This document shows positions 41,530 to 50,484 of a stretch of 64,000 nucleotides of DNA, one piece after another. Positions within the stretch are counted from its first letter, which is position 1. Each line of letters starts with the position of its first letter. The notes under the pieces are model-generated. The model was given only the letters and a program-made list of their open reading frames with translations, was not told the origin of the DNA and did no database searches. This DNA is from an uncultured Desulfurococcaceae archaeon. Its GTDB lineage: Archaea; Thermoproteota; Thermoprotei_A; Sulfolobales; NBVN01. The DNA lies in NCBI GenBank assembly GCA_964592745.1, contig CAZQFL010000008.1, forward strand, positions 747-64,746, given 5' to 3'. A program made the position numbers and the translations under genes.

Positions 41530-42546
41530 TTAATACACGTTCAGTATTCTTCTTGGAGTTAACGGTAATGCCTCAACAATTCTATACTTACAAGGTAATT
41601 TCTTAGCAATATCAACGCTGATTACAACCACGTTATTTACTTTAAATGCTATACCATACTCTATTAACTTACTAGTTAACTCTTTAGGACACTCAGTTAA
41701 TTCAGCCCACTTAACCAAACCATTACTAAGTACTTCATAAGGTTTTAACGTGGTTTTAGCTCTTAAACTTAACCTTAACCTGTATTGATATTTGTCCTTA
41801 AACCTTGCTGGACAATAATGTAGGTTGATATGTAGGCCTTCATTAATTACCCATTCAATAACCTTTAGTGCTGTATCTTCAGAGCCTATAGCTGCGACTC
41901 CATCAGGTTTAGGTCTTAATCCTCTCATTAATAATTTATCATAATTACTCTCACTAAATTCCAATTCATTCATGTTTATGAACTTGACGCCCAGCTTAAG
42001 ACCATTTAGGATTATTTTCTTAAATTCATTAAGGCCATTAGGAATTACGGGATTTTCTATACCAACATCTATGGGATACTCTATGGCTCTTTTCAATGCC
42101 TTCCAGGAATGATTACCAGTTATATGCAATCTTATTTCATCTAAACCAGCATCAACTAATTTACTTAATTTTTCATCTGTGAGTATCAAGCCAGTAGTAT
42201 ATAGGTGGATATGGAATCTCCTTCCGAAGAACTCCTTTAGCATTTTAATGTAGTTCAGTAATCTATCGAATTTAAGTAATGGATCACCTCCTGTTATGCC
42301 GACACCTTTTGATTTGGACAAGAGTACTTCAAGTAGTATGTCTGTATTTTCTTTAACTTTTACATCATTAATTAAGGTTACATCCTTACCCCTTCTCTCA
42401 GGTGATATGGGGCAATAGTAGCAATGCTCTAAACAGAGCCCAGTAATGAAGAGTACGGATTTAAAGCCCTCCTTACATAGTTTACATCCTTGAGCTAATT
42501 CGCCAATCCAACATCCATATTCTTTGCAGTTACCTTCTAGTTTCAT
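41530..42546 (-). CDS. Radical SAM protein (PflA-related, COG2108-like)
   Basis: CxxxCxxC in TGLCLEHCYYCPIS, then GITGGDPLL, plus an N-terminal Cys-rich segment CKEYGCWIGELAQGCKLC. Confidence 0.8.
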   Translation of the reverse strand: MKLEGNCKEYGCWIGELAQGCKLCKEGFKSVLFITGLCLEHCYYCPISPERRGKDVTLINDVKVKENTDILLEVLLSKSKGVGITGGDPLLKFDRLLNYIKMLKEFFGRRFHIHLYTTGLILTDEKLSKLVDAGLDEIRLHITGNHSWKALKRAIEYPIDVGIENPVIPNGLNEFKKIILNGLKLGVKFINMNELEFSESNYDKLLMRGLRPKPDGVAAIGSEDTALKVIEWVINEGLHINLHYCPARFKDKYQYRLRLSLRAKTTLKPYEVLSNGLVKWAELTECPKELTSKLIEYGIAFKVNNVVVISVDIAKKLPCKYRIVEALPLTPRRILNVY

Positions 42547-42563
42547 CCTTTAACCTAAGTCAT

Positions 42564-45023
42564 TTAGGACTCTTTAATATACTTTACATATATTCCATTA
42601 CCTAAATCCTCATCCCATTCAGAAGGCTTACCTAACTTTACATTAATTACTCTATGTAGTACTCTAATATCTTCAGCTATATCTCGAGCTTTCTCAGGTA
42701 TATACAGTATAGCTCTCAGCTCATCAGAGAATCGAATATTTAACCTCTTCTTTAGTTTCCATATAGCTGAATTCACCTTAACTAGGAAATCTATTAACTC
42801 CTCTTTACCTTCACTAACATCTAGCTCCTCTTCTCTTATTTTCTCTCTATGGACGCTTACGCCTGCATTCATGTGACGCCATATGTAGTCTGTCACGAAT
42901 GGCATTATTGGCGATAATAGCTTAATTATCAATTTAAAGACTTTATAGAGCGTATGTATGGCACCGTTGATTTCCTCATTACTAAATTCTCCTTTACCGT
43001 AAATCCTAGGCTTTACAGTTTCTAAGTAGTTTGAAGCGAAGATATTCCATGCTAAGTCGTAAAGCTTATGTATGGGCTCAAATACGTCAAGTTCTTTATA
43101 GGACTCAATGACCTCCCTAGCAATTTTTGATGCATACTTAAGCATTGCCTTATCTAACTCTCTAAGTCTATACTCACCACTCTTTGGCTCCCTGAATGAT
43201 GTGATGAATCTAGCTATGTTTATAAGCTTAGTACAGAACATTAACCCTGTCTTGACTAAGTTTAATGACCATCTATAGTCACTACCAAGCTTACCTGAAG
43301 CTGCAGCCCAGTATCTGAATGCATCTGCACCATACTTTTCAAGGTAAGGTTCAGGATATATGACGTTACCTAGCGACTTATGCATAGCTCTACCCTTCTC
43401 ATCCAAGCCCATGCCCGTAATCCTAACCCACTTAAATGGTGGCTTACCCGTTAGTAGCCATACTCTAAGTACGCTGTAATATAGCCACGTTCTTATGATG
43501 TCATAGCCTTGAGGTCTTAAAGCATGCTCAAGAGCCTTTAATGCTGCTTCTCTATCATCGAGCCATTTAGTCACGTAAAGAACACTTATTGATGAGTCAA
43601 ACCATGTATCAAAAGTCCTAGTCTCACCAACTATTTCACTCTTAGGAGCACCGCATTTAGGACATGAATTAACTGGTGGTGGATCTTTCCAAGGCCTTAC
43701 ATACTTGCCAGGCTCTGGAAGTATGACATAACCACACTTCCTACATCTCCAAATAGGTACTTCAGTACCATAGTACCTAGTCCTCGATATCGGCCAGTCC
43801 ATAGCTAAAGACTCAACCCAAACCTCAAGCTTCTTCTTATGTTCAAGTGGTCTAAATATCATTTTATTTGCTACCTTCAGGACTTCATCCTTAAAATCTA
43901 ATTGCTTAAGAAAGTACTCCTTAGTGTGTATAAATTCTATAGGTGTCTTACACCTCCAACAAACAGGTATCTCACCCTCGTAATCCTCAACCTTAACGAG
44001 ATAGCCTTCATCCTTAAGCTTCTCAACTATAACTTCCCTAGCTTTATCAACCTTTAACCCTTTAAGGAAACCAGCCTCCTCATTCATGGTTCCATCAGGG
44101 TTTATCAGGATCTTAGGTTTTAGATTCATTTCCCTAAAGAACCATATATCCTTAGTATCTCCATAAGAACACATCATTACTAATCCAGTACCAAATTCAG
44201 GTTTAGCGAATTCATGCTCCATGATTGGTACTTCATCACCGTATAGAGGAATTATTGCGTGTTTACCCTTCAGGTATTTGTACCTATTATCTCTAGGGTT
44301 ATAAATTACCGCACCACAGGCTTTAAGTAATTCAGGTCTTGTGGTAGCTATTACTATGTCTTCTCCTGTCTCTTTAACCTTGAACCTTATGTAGTAGAGC
44401 TTCCTCTTAGTCTTAATGAACTCAATCTCAGCTTCAGCTAAGGTAGTACCGCATCTAGGACACCACATGACAGGCTTATATGACTCATATATTAGACCCT
44501 TCTTCCATAACTCAATGAATGTTGCTTGAGTTATTCTTCTATACTTCGGTGAATCCGTGCCATCCCTCCAATACTCAAAAGAGCATCCCAATCTTCTCCA
44601 TACATTTACTAAGTTCCTCTCATACTCATCAAGCACTTCCTTAACCATTTTAAGGAATTTCTCCCTACCCTCAGGTGTCTTAGCTATTTCATGTGCTGAA
44701 ATACCGTACTCCTTCTCAACGGTAACCTCAGCAGGTAAGCCATTTCTATCAGCATAAAACGGTACTAATACCTTATAGCCTAGAAGTCTAAATGCTCTAG
44801 CAATCATATCTATTTGAGCGTAGTGAGCGGCTTGAGCAACACCCCATCTACCTGACGGATATGGGGGTGGTGTATCTATCACAACGTACTTTTCATCCCT
44901 CCTAAAGTCCACGATCTCCTTATAGAGTTGCTCCTTATCCCAAATTTTTAGTAACTCAAGTTCTATCGATGGATCCCAACGCTTAATTGGTATGATGCTT
45001 CTACCCTCCACAAGAGCACCCAA
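42564..45023 (-). CDS. valS: Valyl-tRNA-synthetase-like class Ia protein with non-canonical HIGH and KMSKS motifs
   Basis: 819 aa with IDTPPPYPSG..., WCPRCGTTLAEAEIEF, CP1 editing motifs ATTRPELL and FGTGLVMMCSYGD, and YGADAFRYW. At the HIGH position the sequence reads GVAQ (SGRWGVAQAAHY), and the KMSKS position reads AMHKS (GRAMHKSLGNV). Confidence 0.8.
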   Translation of the reverse strand: MGALVEGRSIIPIKRWDPSIELELLKIWDKEQLYKEIVDFRRDEKYVVIDTPPPYPSGRWGVAQAAHYAQIDMIARAFRLLGYKVLVPFYADRNGLPAEVTVEKEYGISAHEIAKTPEGREKFLKMVKEVLDEYERNLVNVWRRLGCSFEYWRDGTDSPKYRRITQATFIELWKKGLIYESYKPVMWCPRCGTTLAEAEIEFIKTKRKLYYIRFKVKETGEDIVIATTRPELLKACGAVIYNPRDNRYKYLKGKHAIIPLYGDEVPIMEHEFAKPEFGTGLVMMCSYGDTKDIWFFREMNLKPKILINPDGTMNEEAGFLKGLKVDKAREVIVEKLKDEGYLVKVEDYEGEIPVCWRCKTPIEFIHTKEYFLKQLDFKDEVLKVANKMIFRPLEHKKKLEVWVESLAMDWPISRTRYYGTEVPIWRCRKCGYVILPEPGKYVRPWKDPPPVNSCPKCGAPKSEIVGETRTFDTWFDSSISVLYVTKWLDDREAALKALEHALRPQGYDIIRTWLYYSVLRVWLLTGKPPFKWVRITGMGLDEKGRAMHKSLGNVIYPEPYLEKYGADAFRYWAAASGKLGSDYRWSLNLVKTGLMFCTKLINIARFITSFREPKSGEYRLRELDKAMLKYASKIAREVIESYKELDVFEPIHKLYDLAWNIFASNYLETVKPRIYGKGEFSNEEINGAIHTLYKVFKLIIKLLSPIMPFVTDYIWRHMNAGVSVHREKIREEELDVSEGKEELIDFLVKVNSAIWKLKKRLNIRFSDELRAILYIPEKARDIAEDIRVLHRVINVKLGKPSEWDEDLGNGIYVKYIKES

Positions 45024-45069
45024 ACAATATTAATACAAGCTTTATGAAGCTAACTATAATCATTAGTGA

Positions 45070-46047
45070 CTAAGAATCGTATTGCAGTTTTAATAATTCC
45101 TTAGGAGGTCTCATGGCTATGTATGCTGCACCTATGAGTACGGCATCATCACCTAACGGTGTTAATGTTAATTTAGGCATTCTGTTAGTTACGTACCTCT
45201 TAACAACTCTAAATATTAGCTTCACAAAATCGGGATTCTTGAGCGCTATACTACCTCCAACACTCACTACTTCAGGATCATAAACATTAATTACTGAAGC
45301 CATACCTGCAGCATTCACCTTAATTAAGTCCTTTACTATACTACGTGCAAATACATCACCAGCTCTCCAAAGGCTAAATAGGTCTTCAGGTCTCAACAAA
45401 CCTGCTAATGCCTTTTCATAAGCAATGGTGTCTCTACCCTTCCACCTCCTAGCCTTAAGTAGTGCATAGCGAGGTATCGCTGAACCTGAGGCTATACTCT
45501 CCCAATGGCCTAACCCTCCACAACCGCATCTTATCTTACATTTAAAATCAATAACTATGTGCCCTACCTCATGAGCATTCCCGTCCTTACCTAAGAGTAA
45601 GTGATCATTAACTATAACACCAGCACCAATACCTGTACTTAACGTTATGTAAACAACGTTTGAATAACCCCTACCAACTCCAACTAGGTATTCACCCCAT
45701 ACAGCAGCAACACAATCATTAACTACGTAGGTACTTACATTAAACATCTTTGTTAATGGCTCCTTAAGCTTGAACCTCCTTAAGGGATTATTAGGAGTAT
45801 TTACTACTTCACCCTTCCTAATGTCTAAAGGCCCTATAGTACCTATACCTATACTGACTAATTTCACTTTACCTACCTCACTTACGAGCTTACTACCAAT
45901 ACGGTATATTTCCTTAGCTACGGTGTAATCATCACCGATAGTGGGAGTTCTTACGACTTCCTTGTATAGGATATTGCCGCTCAAGTCAAATAAGGCTATG
46001 CGTAGATTTGTGGCACCTACATCTACTGCTAGTACTGTTTCCAGTAT
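45070..46047 (-). CDS. ROK-family sugar kinase (glucokinase-like); start codon non-canonical/uncertain
   Basis: ROK signature CGCGGLGHWESIASG and DNDCVAAVWGE-like NDCVAAVWGE. The ATP phosphate-1 loop LAVDVGATNLRIALFD is encoded at 45985-46032, upstream of the TTG used by the ORF track. The frame is open only to 46050 and has no ATG/GTG/TTG in that stretch. Confidence 0.75.
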   Translation of the reverse strand: MLETVLAVDVGATNLRIALFDLSGNILYKEVVRTPTIGDDYTVAKEIYRIGSKLVSEVGKVKLVSIGIGTIGPLDIRKGEVVNTPNNPLRRFKLKEPLTKMFNVSTYVVNDCVAAVWGEYLVGVGRGYSNVVYITLSTGIGAGVIVNDHLLLGKDGNAHEVGHIVIDFKCKIRCGCGGLGHWESIASGSAIPRYALLKARRWKGRDTIAYEKALAGLLRPEDLFSLWRAGDVFARSIVKDLIKVNAAGMASVINVYDPEVVSVGGSIALKNPDFVKLIFRVVKRYVTNRMPKLTLTPLGDDAVLIGAAYIAMRPPKELLKLQYDS

Positions 46048-46592
46048 TACTCACCTCTAGGATGCTCCTTTAAGTACTTACATACCTCACTAGCTAAGCT
46101 CTTTGGGTCATTAATTACCTTAATCGTACTTGTCCTTCTCTCATCAATGTATGGAGAAAACACGGTAAGTTTGTCTGTAGGTAGTCCCGTCATACCTAGT
46201 ATGTATATAGGTACACCTTCCGCATAAGCAGTTATGACTTCCTGTATAGTACCTGAAGCACCACCTAACGCTACAAGTACTTCGGATGTCCTAACGAGAA
46301 ACACACTTCTAACCCTAAACGAGGTACCAGTCCTAACTACTATGGCGTCTGAAGGAAACCTAACATCCTCCATCTCCAAAGGCGGTAATATTAAAACCTT
46401 AAATCCTAACTTTAATGCTTCATCAACAATAATCCTCATTAAACCCCAATAACCACCTATTACTAATACTATAGATGATGGTTCAAAACATAGAGCCAGC
46501 GTCTCAATAAACTCTACTGCAGCTTCCCTTAGAGAGTCGGAGGGGGGTCCAGAATATGCAGCAATACCTACATACCTGAGCATGTATACCAC
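46047..46592 (-). CDS. LOG/TIGR00725-family Rossmann-fold protein (lysine-decarboxylase-like)
   Basis: GGYWGLMR (GGxxGxM) and ALGGASGTIQE (GGxGTxxE) motifs, 181 aa. Confidence 0.7.
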   Translation of the reverse strand: MVYMLRYVGIAAYSGPPSDSLREAAVEFIETLALCFEPSSIVLVIGGYWGLMRIIVDEALKLGFKVLILPPLEMEDVRFPSDAIVVRTGTSFRVRSVFLVRTSEVLVALGGASGTIQEVITAYAEGVPIYILGMTGLPTDKLTVFSPYIDERRTSTIKVINDPKSLASEVCKYLKEHPRGE

Positions 46593-46650
46593 ATCAATTA
46601 CTTAAACTTAAAACGTATTTAAACTAGTTCACAATCAACTAACGGTAGTA

Positions 46651-47550
46651 TCAGCTAACGATATTTAAAAGTGACTTTATCATATCTTGAATTCTTAAGA
46701 AGGGATATCTTATGTACACCTTAATTATATTGTTTACTTCTATTGTCTCTTCAATGATATTACCGAACATTTTCATAAAATTAGTGAATTTATCCTCAGG
46801 TAGTCCCATGAACTCCAACTTAGTCACTTTATCGTTCTTTACTCCGAGGGTGATAATTTTCGTATAACCCTCTCTAATTAACTCATCTATCACCTCACTA
46901 ACATAAACCCTCTCTAAGCTGTGCACATTATAATAAATTAACGTATAATCCTTTACCCTAATCGCTCTACCCCTTATCTCCGCGACATAACGTGTCTCAT
47001 TCTTATTATATTCATCAATTAATTCTTCTAAGATAGTCCTTAGCTCTTCTAAGTCACTTCTCTCAATAGATTCAATAATTTTAAAGAAATAGCTGGGCTT
47101 TACTAGTGCTGTTAATGAAGCTTTACTTAAATTATCCAAGGTTAGACCTGGTAAGGTACCCTCAGCTAATGAAGATAGCACTTCAGTTTCTGACACCTTA
47201 AGCTTTAATATATTAGATACTAACCTAGTTACTGATCTCATAGCTGGATAAACATCTACGGGTTCTAAGGAGTTCTTACTCCTCCTATACACGCCACTAT
47301 ATTGTTCATTAGCAAGCACTACTAAGGGTTTAGAGTCTTCACATACCCTCTTTAATTCTGTACTTAGACAGACTAAAACGTAATTACTTGATATTTGTAG
47401 ATGTCTAAGTGAATCAATACTATCTAATATTATTATAGGTTCGAAGCCTTCTGTCAGGAGTTCCCTAGCAAGTAACGCTGAAGCTATAACACAATCCATC
47501 GGTGGTGGGGAGACTATTATATCAGTATCGATGAAGTATTTAGGTAACAA
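46651..47550 (-). CDS. Hypothetical protein, possibly a catalytically degenerate DHH-fold protein
   Basis: DIIVSPPPMDCVIASALLAREL resembles DHH motif I with PPMD in place of DxD. IIILDSID could be motif II. VVLANEQ sits where the DHH triad would be. Confidence 0.45.
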   Translation of the reverse strand: MLPKYFIDTDIIVSPPPMDCVIASALLARELLTEGFEPIIILDSIDSLRHLQISSNYVLVCLSTELKRVCEDSKPLVVLANEQYSGVYRRSKNSLEPVDVYPAMRSVTRLVSNILKLKVSETEVLSSLAEGTLPGLTLDNLSKASLTALVKPSYFFKIIESIERSDLEELRTILEELIDEYNKNETRYVAEIRGRAIRVKDYTLIYYNVHSLERVYVSEVIDELIREGYTKIITLGVKNDKVTKLEFMGLPEDKFTNFMKMFGNIIEETIEVNNIIKVYIRYPFLRIQDMIKSLLNIVS

Positions 47551-47696
47551 AAACTCACCAAATTAAGTGATGCTAAATTGAAATATAAATTAATTCAGTA
47601 CGGTGTGAAGAGTGATTGCTTCTAAAAGCTATGAGTTAACCATTTAGATGGAAAAATATTAATATTTTCTCGTAAAATGCGGTTTTAGGTGCATAT

Positions 47697-49145
47697 ATGG
47701 TTCTAAATGAAGACCTAATATTTAAGGTATTAGACGTAGCCTTAGACATGGGAGCAAGTTATGCAGAGGTAAGGTATCAACGTGATGAATTCTCAGAAGT
47801 TGCTTTAAGGAATGGGAATGTCATAGGCTTTGGTAAGGACGTTAGTGAGGGTATAGGTATTAGAGTGATTGTTGATGGAGCCTTAGGATTTGCATCAACA
47901 AATATGTTAACTATTGATGAAGCAAGAAGAGCAGCTGAGAGAGCAGTCAATAGAGCAAAAGCATTAGCAAAGTTAATGAAGGAGCCGATAGCTTTCAGTG
48001 AAGAAAGAGTTGGTCGAGCAACATATAATTTAGTTCCTAAGAAGGATCTTAGTGAATTATCCATAGAGGATAGGATAGCCTTAGGTGCGGAGATTCATAA
48101 ATCAATAGTTAGTACGGTAAGAGAGGTTAAGGTTGCCGTTACAGCGTTCTTTATTAGAGATCATATTCAGGAGAAGTTTATAGTTAATAGTGATGGTGCG
48201 TATATAAGATCGTACATACCAAGACTCTCAATAATAGTGAACTTCGTACTGGCACACCCTCAGAAAGGAACTCTCCAAAGGTATATTAGCTATGGGGCTT
48301 CAGGAGGTTCCGAATTAATTAAGGAATGGAAGCCCGAGGATGAGATAGTTAATGAAGTTAAGAATTTAGAGAAAGTACTTGTGAAGGGGAAGGAACCCCC
48401 GAAAGATGAGATAGATGTGGTGATTGGACCTGAAGTTGTTGGTCTAATAGTTCATGAATCAGCAGGTCATCCCATGGAGGCTGACAGGATACTTGGTAGG
48501 GAGGCAGCTCAAGCTGGTGAATCATTCGTTAAGCCTGAAATGATAGGTAAGTATAGAATAGGGACAGAATTAGTGACCATAATTGAAGACCCAACAATAC
48601 CCGGTAGCTATGGCTATTACCTATATGATGAAGAAGGAGTCCCAGCTAGACCTAGGTACTTATATTATAAGGGAATAATTAATGAGCCATTACATAATAG
48701 ACATACAGGTAAGATATTTGGTGTAGGGAGTAATGGGGCTGCTAGAGCTATGGACTATAAATCTGAACCTATCATAAGGATGAGCAATACATACTTCAAA
48801 CCTGGTAACATGGAGTTTGATGAATTAATTGAGGATATAAGACTTGGTGTTTACATAAAGTCATTTATGGAGTGGAACATAGATGATATACGTTGGAATC
48901 AGAGATATGTTGGTCTTGAAGCTTACATTATAAGGGATGGTGAGGTTAGAGAGGATGAGCCAGTTAAGAATCCAGTACTAGAGATAACAACTCAGGGATT
49001 CTATTCGAGAGTTACTGGAGCTGATAAGAATCTAAGGTTTTACCCAGCAACATGTGGTAAAGGTGAGCCAGCTCAAGGCGTCCCTGTATGGATTGGCGGT
49101 CCTAACGTACGTGTTTCAAGAATTAAGTTAGGGGTGAGAATGTGA
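47697..49145 (+). CDS. tldD: TldD metalloprotease
   Basis: 482 aa with the HESAGHPMEAD zinc motif and a TldD-type C-terminus (CGKGEPAQGVPV). Confidence 0.9.
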   Translation: MVLNEDLIFKVLDVALDMGASYAEVRYQRDEFSEVALRNGNVIGFGKDVSEGIGIRVIVDGALGFASTNMLTIDEARRAAERAVNRAKALAKLMKEPIAFSEERVGRATYNLVPKKDLSELSIEDRIALGAEIHKSIVSTVREVKVAVTAFFIRDHIQEKFIVNSDGAYIRSYIPRLSIIVNFVLAHPQKGTLQRYISYGASGGSELIKEWKPEDEIVNEVKNLEKVLVKGKEPPKDEIDVVIGPEVVGLIVHESAGHPMEADRILGREAAQAGESFVKPEMIGKYRIGTELVTIIEDPTIPGSYGYYLYDEEGVPARPRYLYYKGIINEPLHNRHTGKIFGVGSNGAARAMDYKSEPIIRMSNTYFKPGNMEFDELIEDIRLGVYIKSFMEWNIDDIRWNQRYVGLEAYIIRDGEVREDEPVKNPVLEITTQGFYSRVTGADKNLRFYPATCGKGEPAQGVPVWIGGPNVRVSRIKLGVRM

Positions 49146-50473
49146 TAGAACTCATACATAACGCTAAGAAAGCATCGGATAAGCTTAAGATAAAGTTTGA
49201 TGATGTAGCCATAAAAATGGTGCTTAAGGACTCAGTAATGGTTAAGATATGGAATAATCAGATAAGTGTTACTCAATCGTGGAGGACTATAGAGTCTCGA
49301 ATATATCTGGCTAAAGATAAGAGGATACTTGAGTTAAGCTTGAGTCTTGAGAGGCCTGAAGATATAGTTAAGGTATGTGATGAAATGAGTAAGTACGTTG
49401 GTGTAATGAAGGAGTCAGAAATTTATGCACCATTACCTGAGCCAACGGCGTATAAGCCCCTTAAAGACTTAACTGATGTTAAAATTCGTGACTATATGGA
49501 TAATCCCTTACCATTAGTTGAGGGTCTAATAGGTAGTGCATTAGATAATGGTGCTCAAAGAGTTGCTGGAACATTAGAACTCTCAATTGAAAGAAAGGCG
49601 CTTGTTACAAGTAAAGGGTTTGAAGGTGAAGAGGAAGGTAGTGAGGTTATGTGTTATCTAAGGGCATTTAAAGGAGATGTTAGTGGTCATTGGGCATACG
49701 GTAGTAGAAGGGTTAATAAGGAAAGCATAGAGTATGTTGGAAGGAGGGCAGCGGAGATAGCTACTTTAAGTAAGGGTAAAGTAAGTGTGGAACCAGGTAA
49801 GTATGATGTCATATTATCACCTCTTGTTGTAGGTAACTTATTAAATGATGTAGCTATGATGGCTTCAGGTCTTTATATAATGATGGGCTTCTCCATGTTT
49901 ATGAAGTTTAAAATAGGTGATGTCATAGCGTCAGGCATGGTATCACTATACGACGTACCCAGAAACATAGAGCTAGCTAGATCTACATCATTTGATGATG
50001 AGGGTATAGAGACATACGATAAACCAATAATAGAAGGAGGTAAGTTTACGAATATATTACATAATGTTAAAACTAGTAGTAAACTTGGTGGTAAAACTAC
50101 AGGTAATGCTGGCTGGATTACTCCCCTACCTTGGAATATAGAGTTAAAGCCTGGAGACTATAGTGAGGAGGAATTAATTAGGGAGGTAAGGAGGGGGCTA
50201 CTAATGACTAATAATTGGTACACTAGACTCCAGAACTACGTTGAAGGTCAGTTCTCAACAGTTAGCAAGGATGCAGTATTCTATATAGAGAATGGAGAAA
50301 TTAAAGGATATACTGAGAGGATAAGAATAGCCGACACGTTCGTAAACCTTTTGAGGAATGTGAGGGCTATAGGTAAGACTCAATACTTAATAAGATGGTG
50401 GGAGGTAAGGATTCCATCTAAAGTTCCCTACTTACTAGCAACAAATGTAAATATTACTAAGCCTTATGCTTAA
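49142..50473 (+). CDS. pmbA: PmbA/TldE (partner of TldD)
   Basis: 443 aa in the TldD/PmbA family with no HExxxH. The GTG start overlaps the tldD stop by 4 nt and is preceded by GGGGTGA. Confidence 0.85.
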   Translation: MIELIHNAKKASDKLKIKFDDVAIKMVLKDSVMVKIWNNQISVTQSWRTIESRIYLAKDKRILELSLSLERPEDIVKVCDEMSKYVGVMKESEIYAPLPEPTAYKPLKDLTDVKIRDYMDNPLPLVEGLIGSALDNGAQRVAGTLELSIERKALVTSKGFEGEEEGSEVMCYLRAFKGDVSGHWAYGSRRVNKESIEYVGRRAAEIATLSKGKVSVEPGKYDVILSPLVVGNLLNDVAMMASGLYIMMGFSMFMKFKIGDVIASGMVSLYDVPRNIELARSTSFDDEGIETYDKPIIEGGKFTNILHNVKTSSKLGGKTTGNAGWITPLPWNIELKPGDYSEEELIREVRRGLLMTNNWYTRLQNYVEGQFSTVSKDAVFYIENGEIKGYTERIRIADTFVNLLRNVRAIGKTQYLIRWWEVRIPSKVPYLLATNVNITKPYA

Positions 50474-50484
50474 GGTAGTATTAT

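Noticed and set aside
47653-47668. 16-bp A/T-only palindrome AAAATATTAATATTTT upstream of tldD
   Set aside because: It sits at the expected TATA-box distance. Pure A/T palindromes of this size are expected by composition in AT-rich promoters.
47914-47938. UUGAUGA + 14 nt + CUGA inside tldD
   Set aside because: It lies within a well-supported coding region and no second box pair follows. Chance occurrence.
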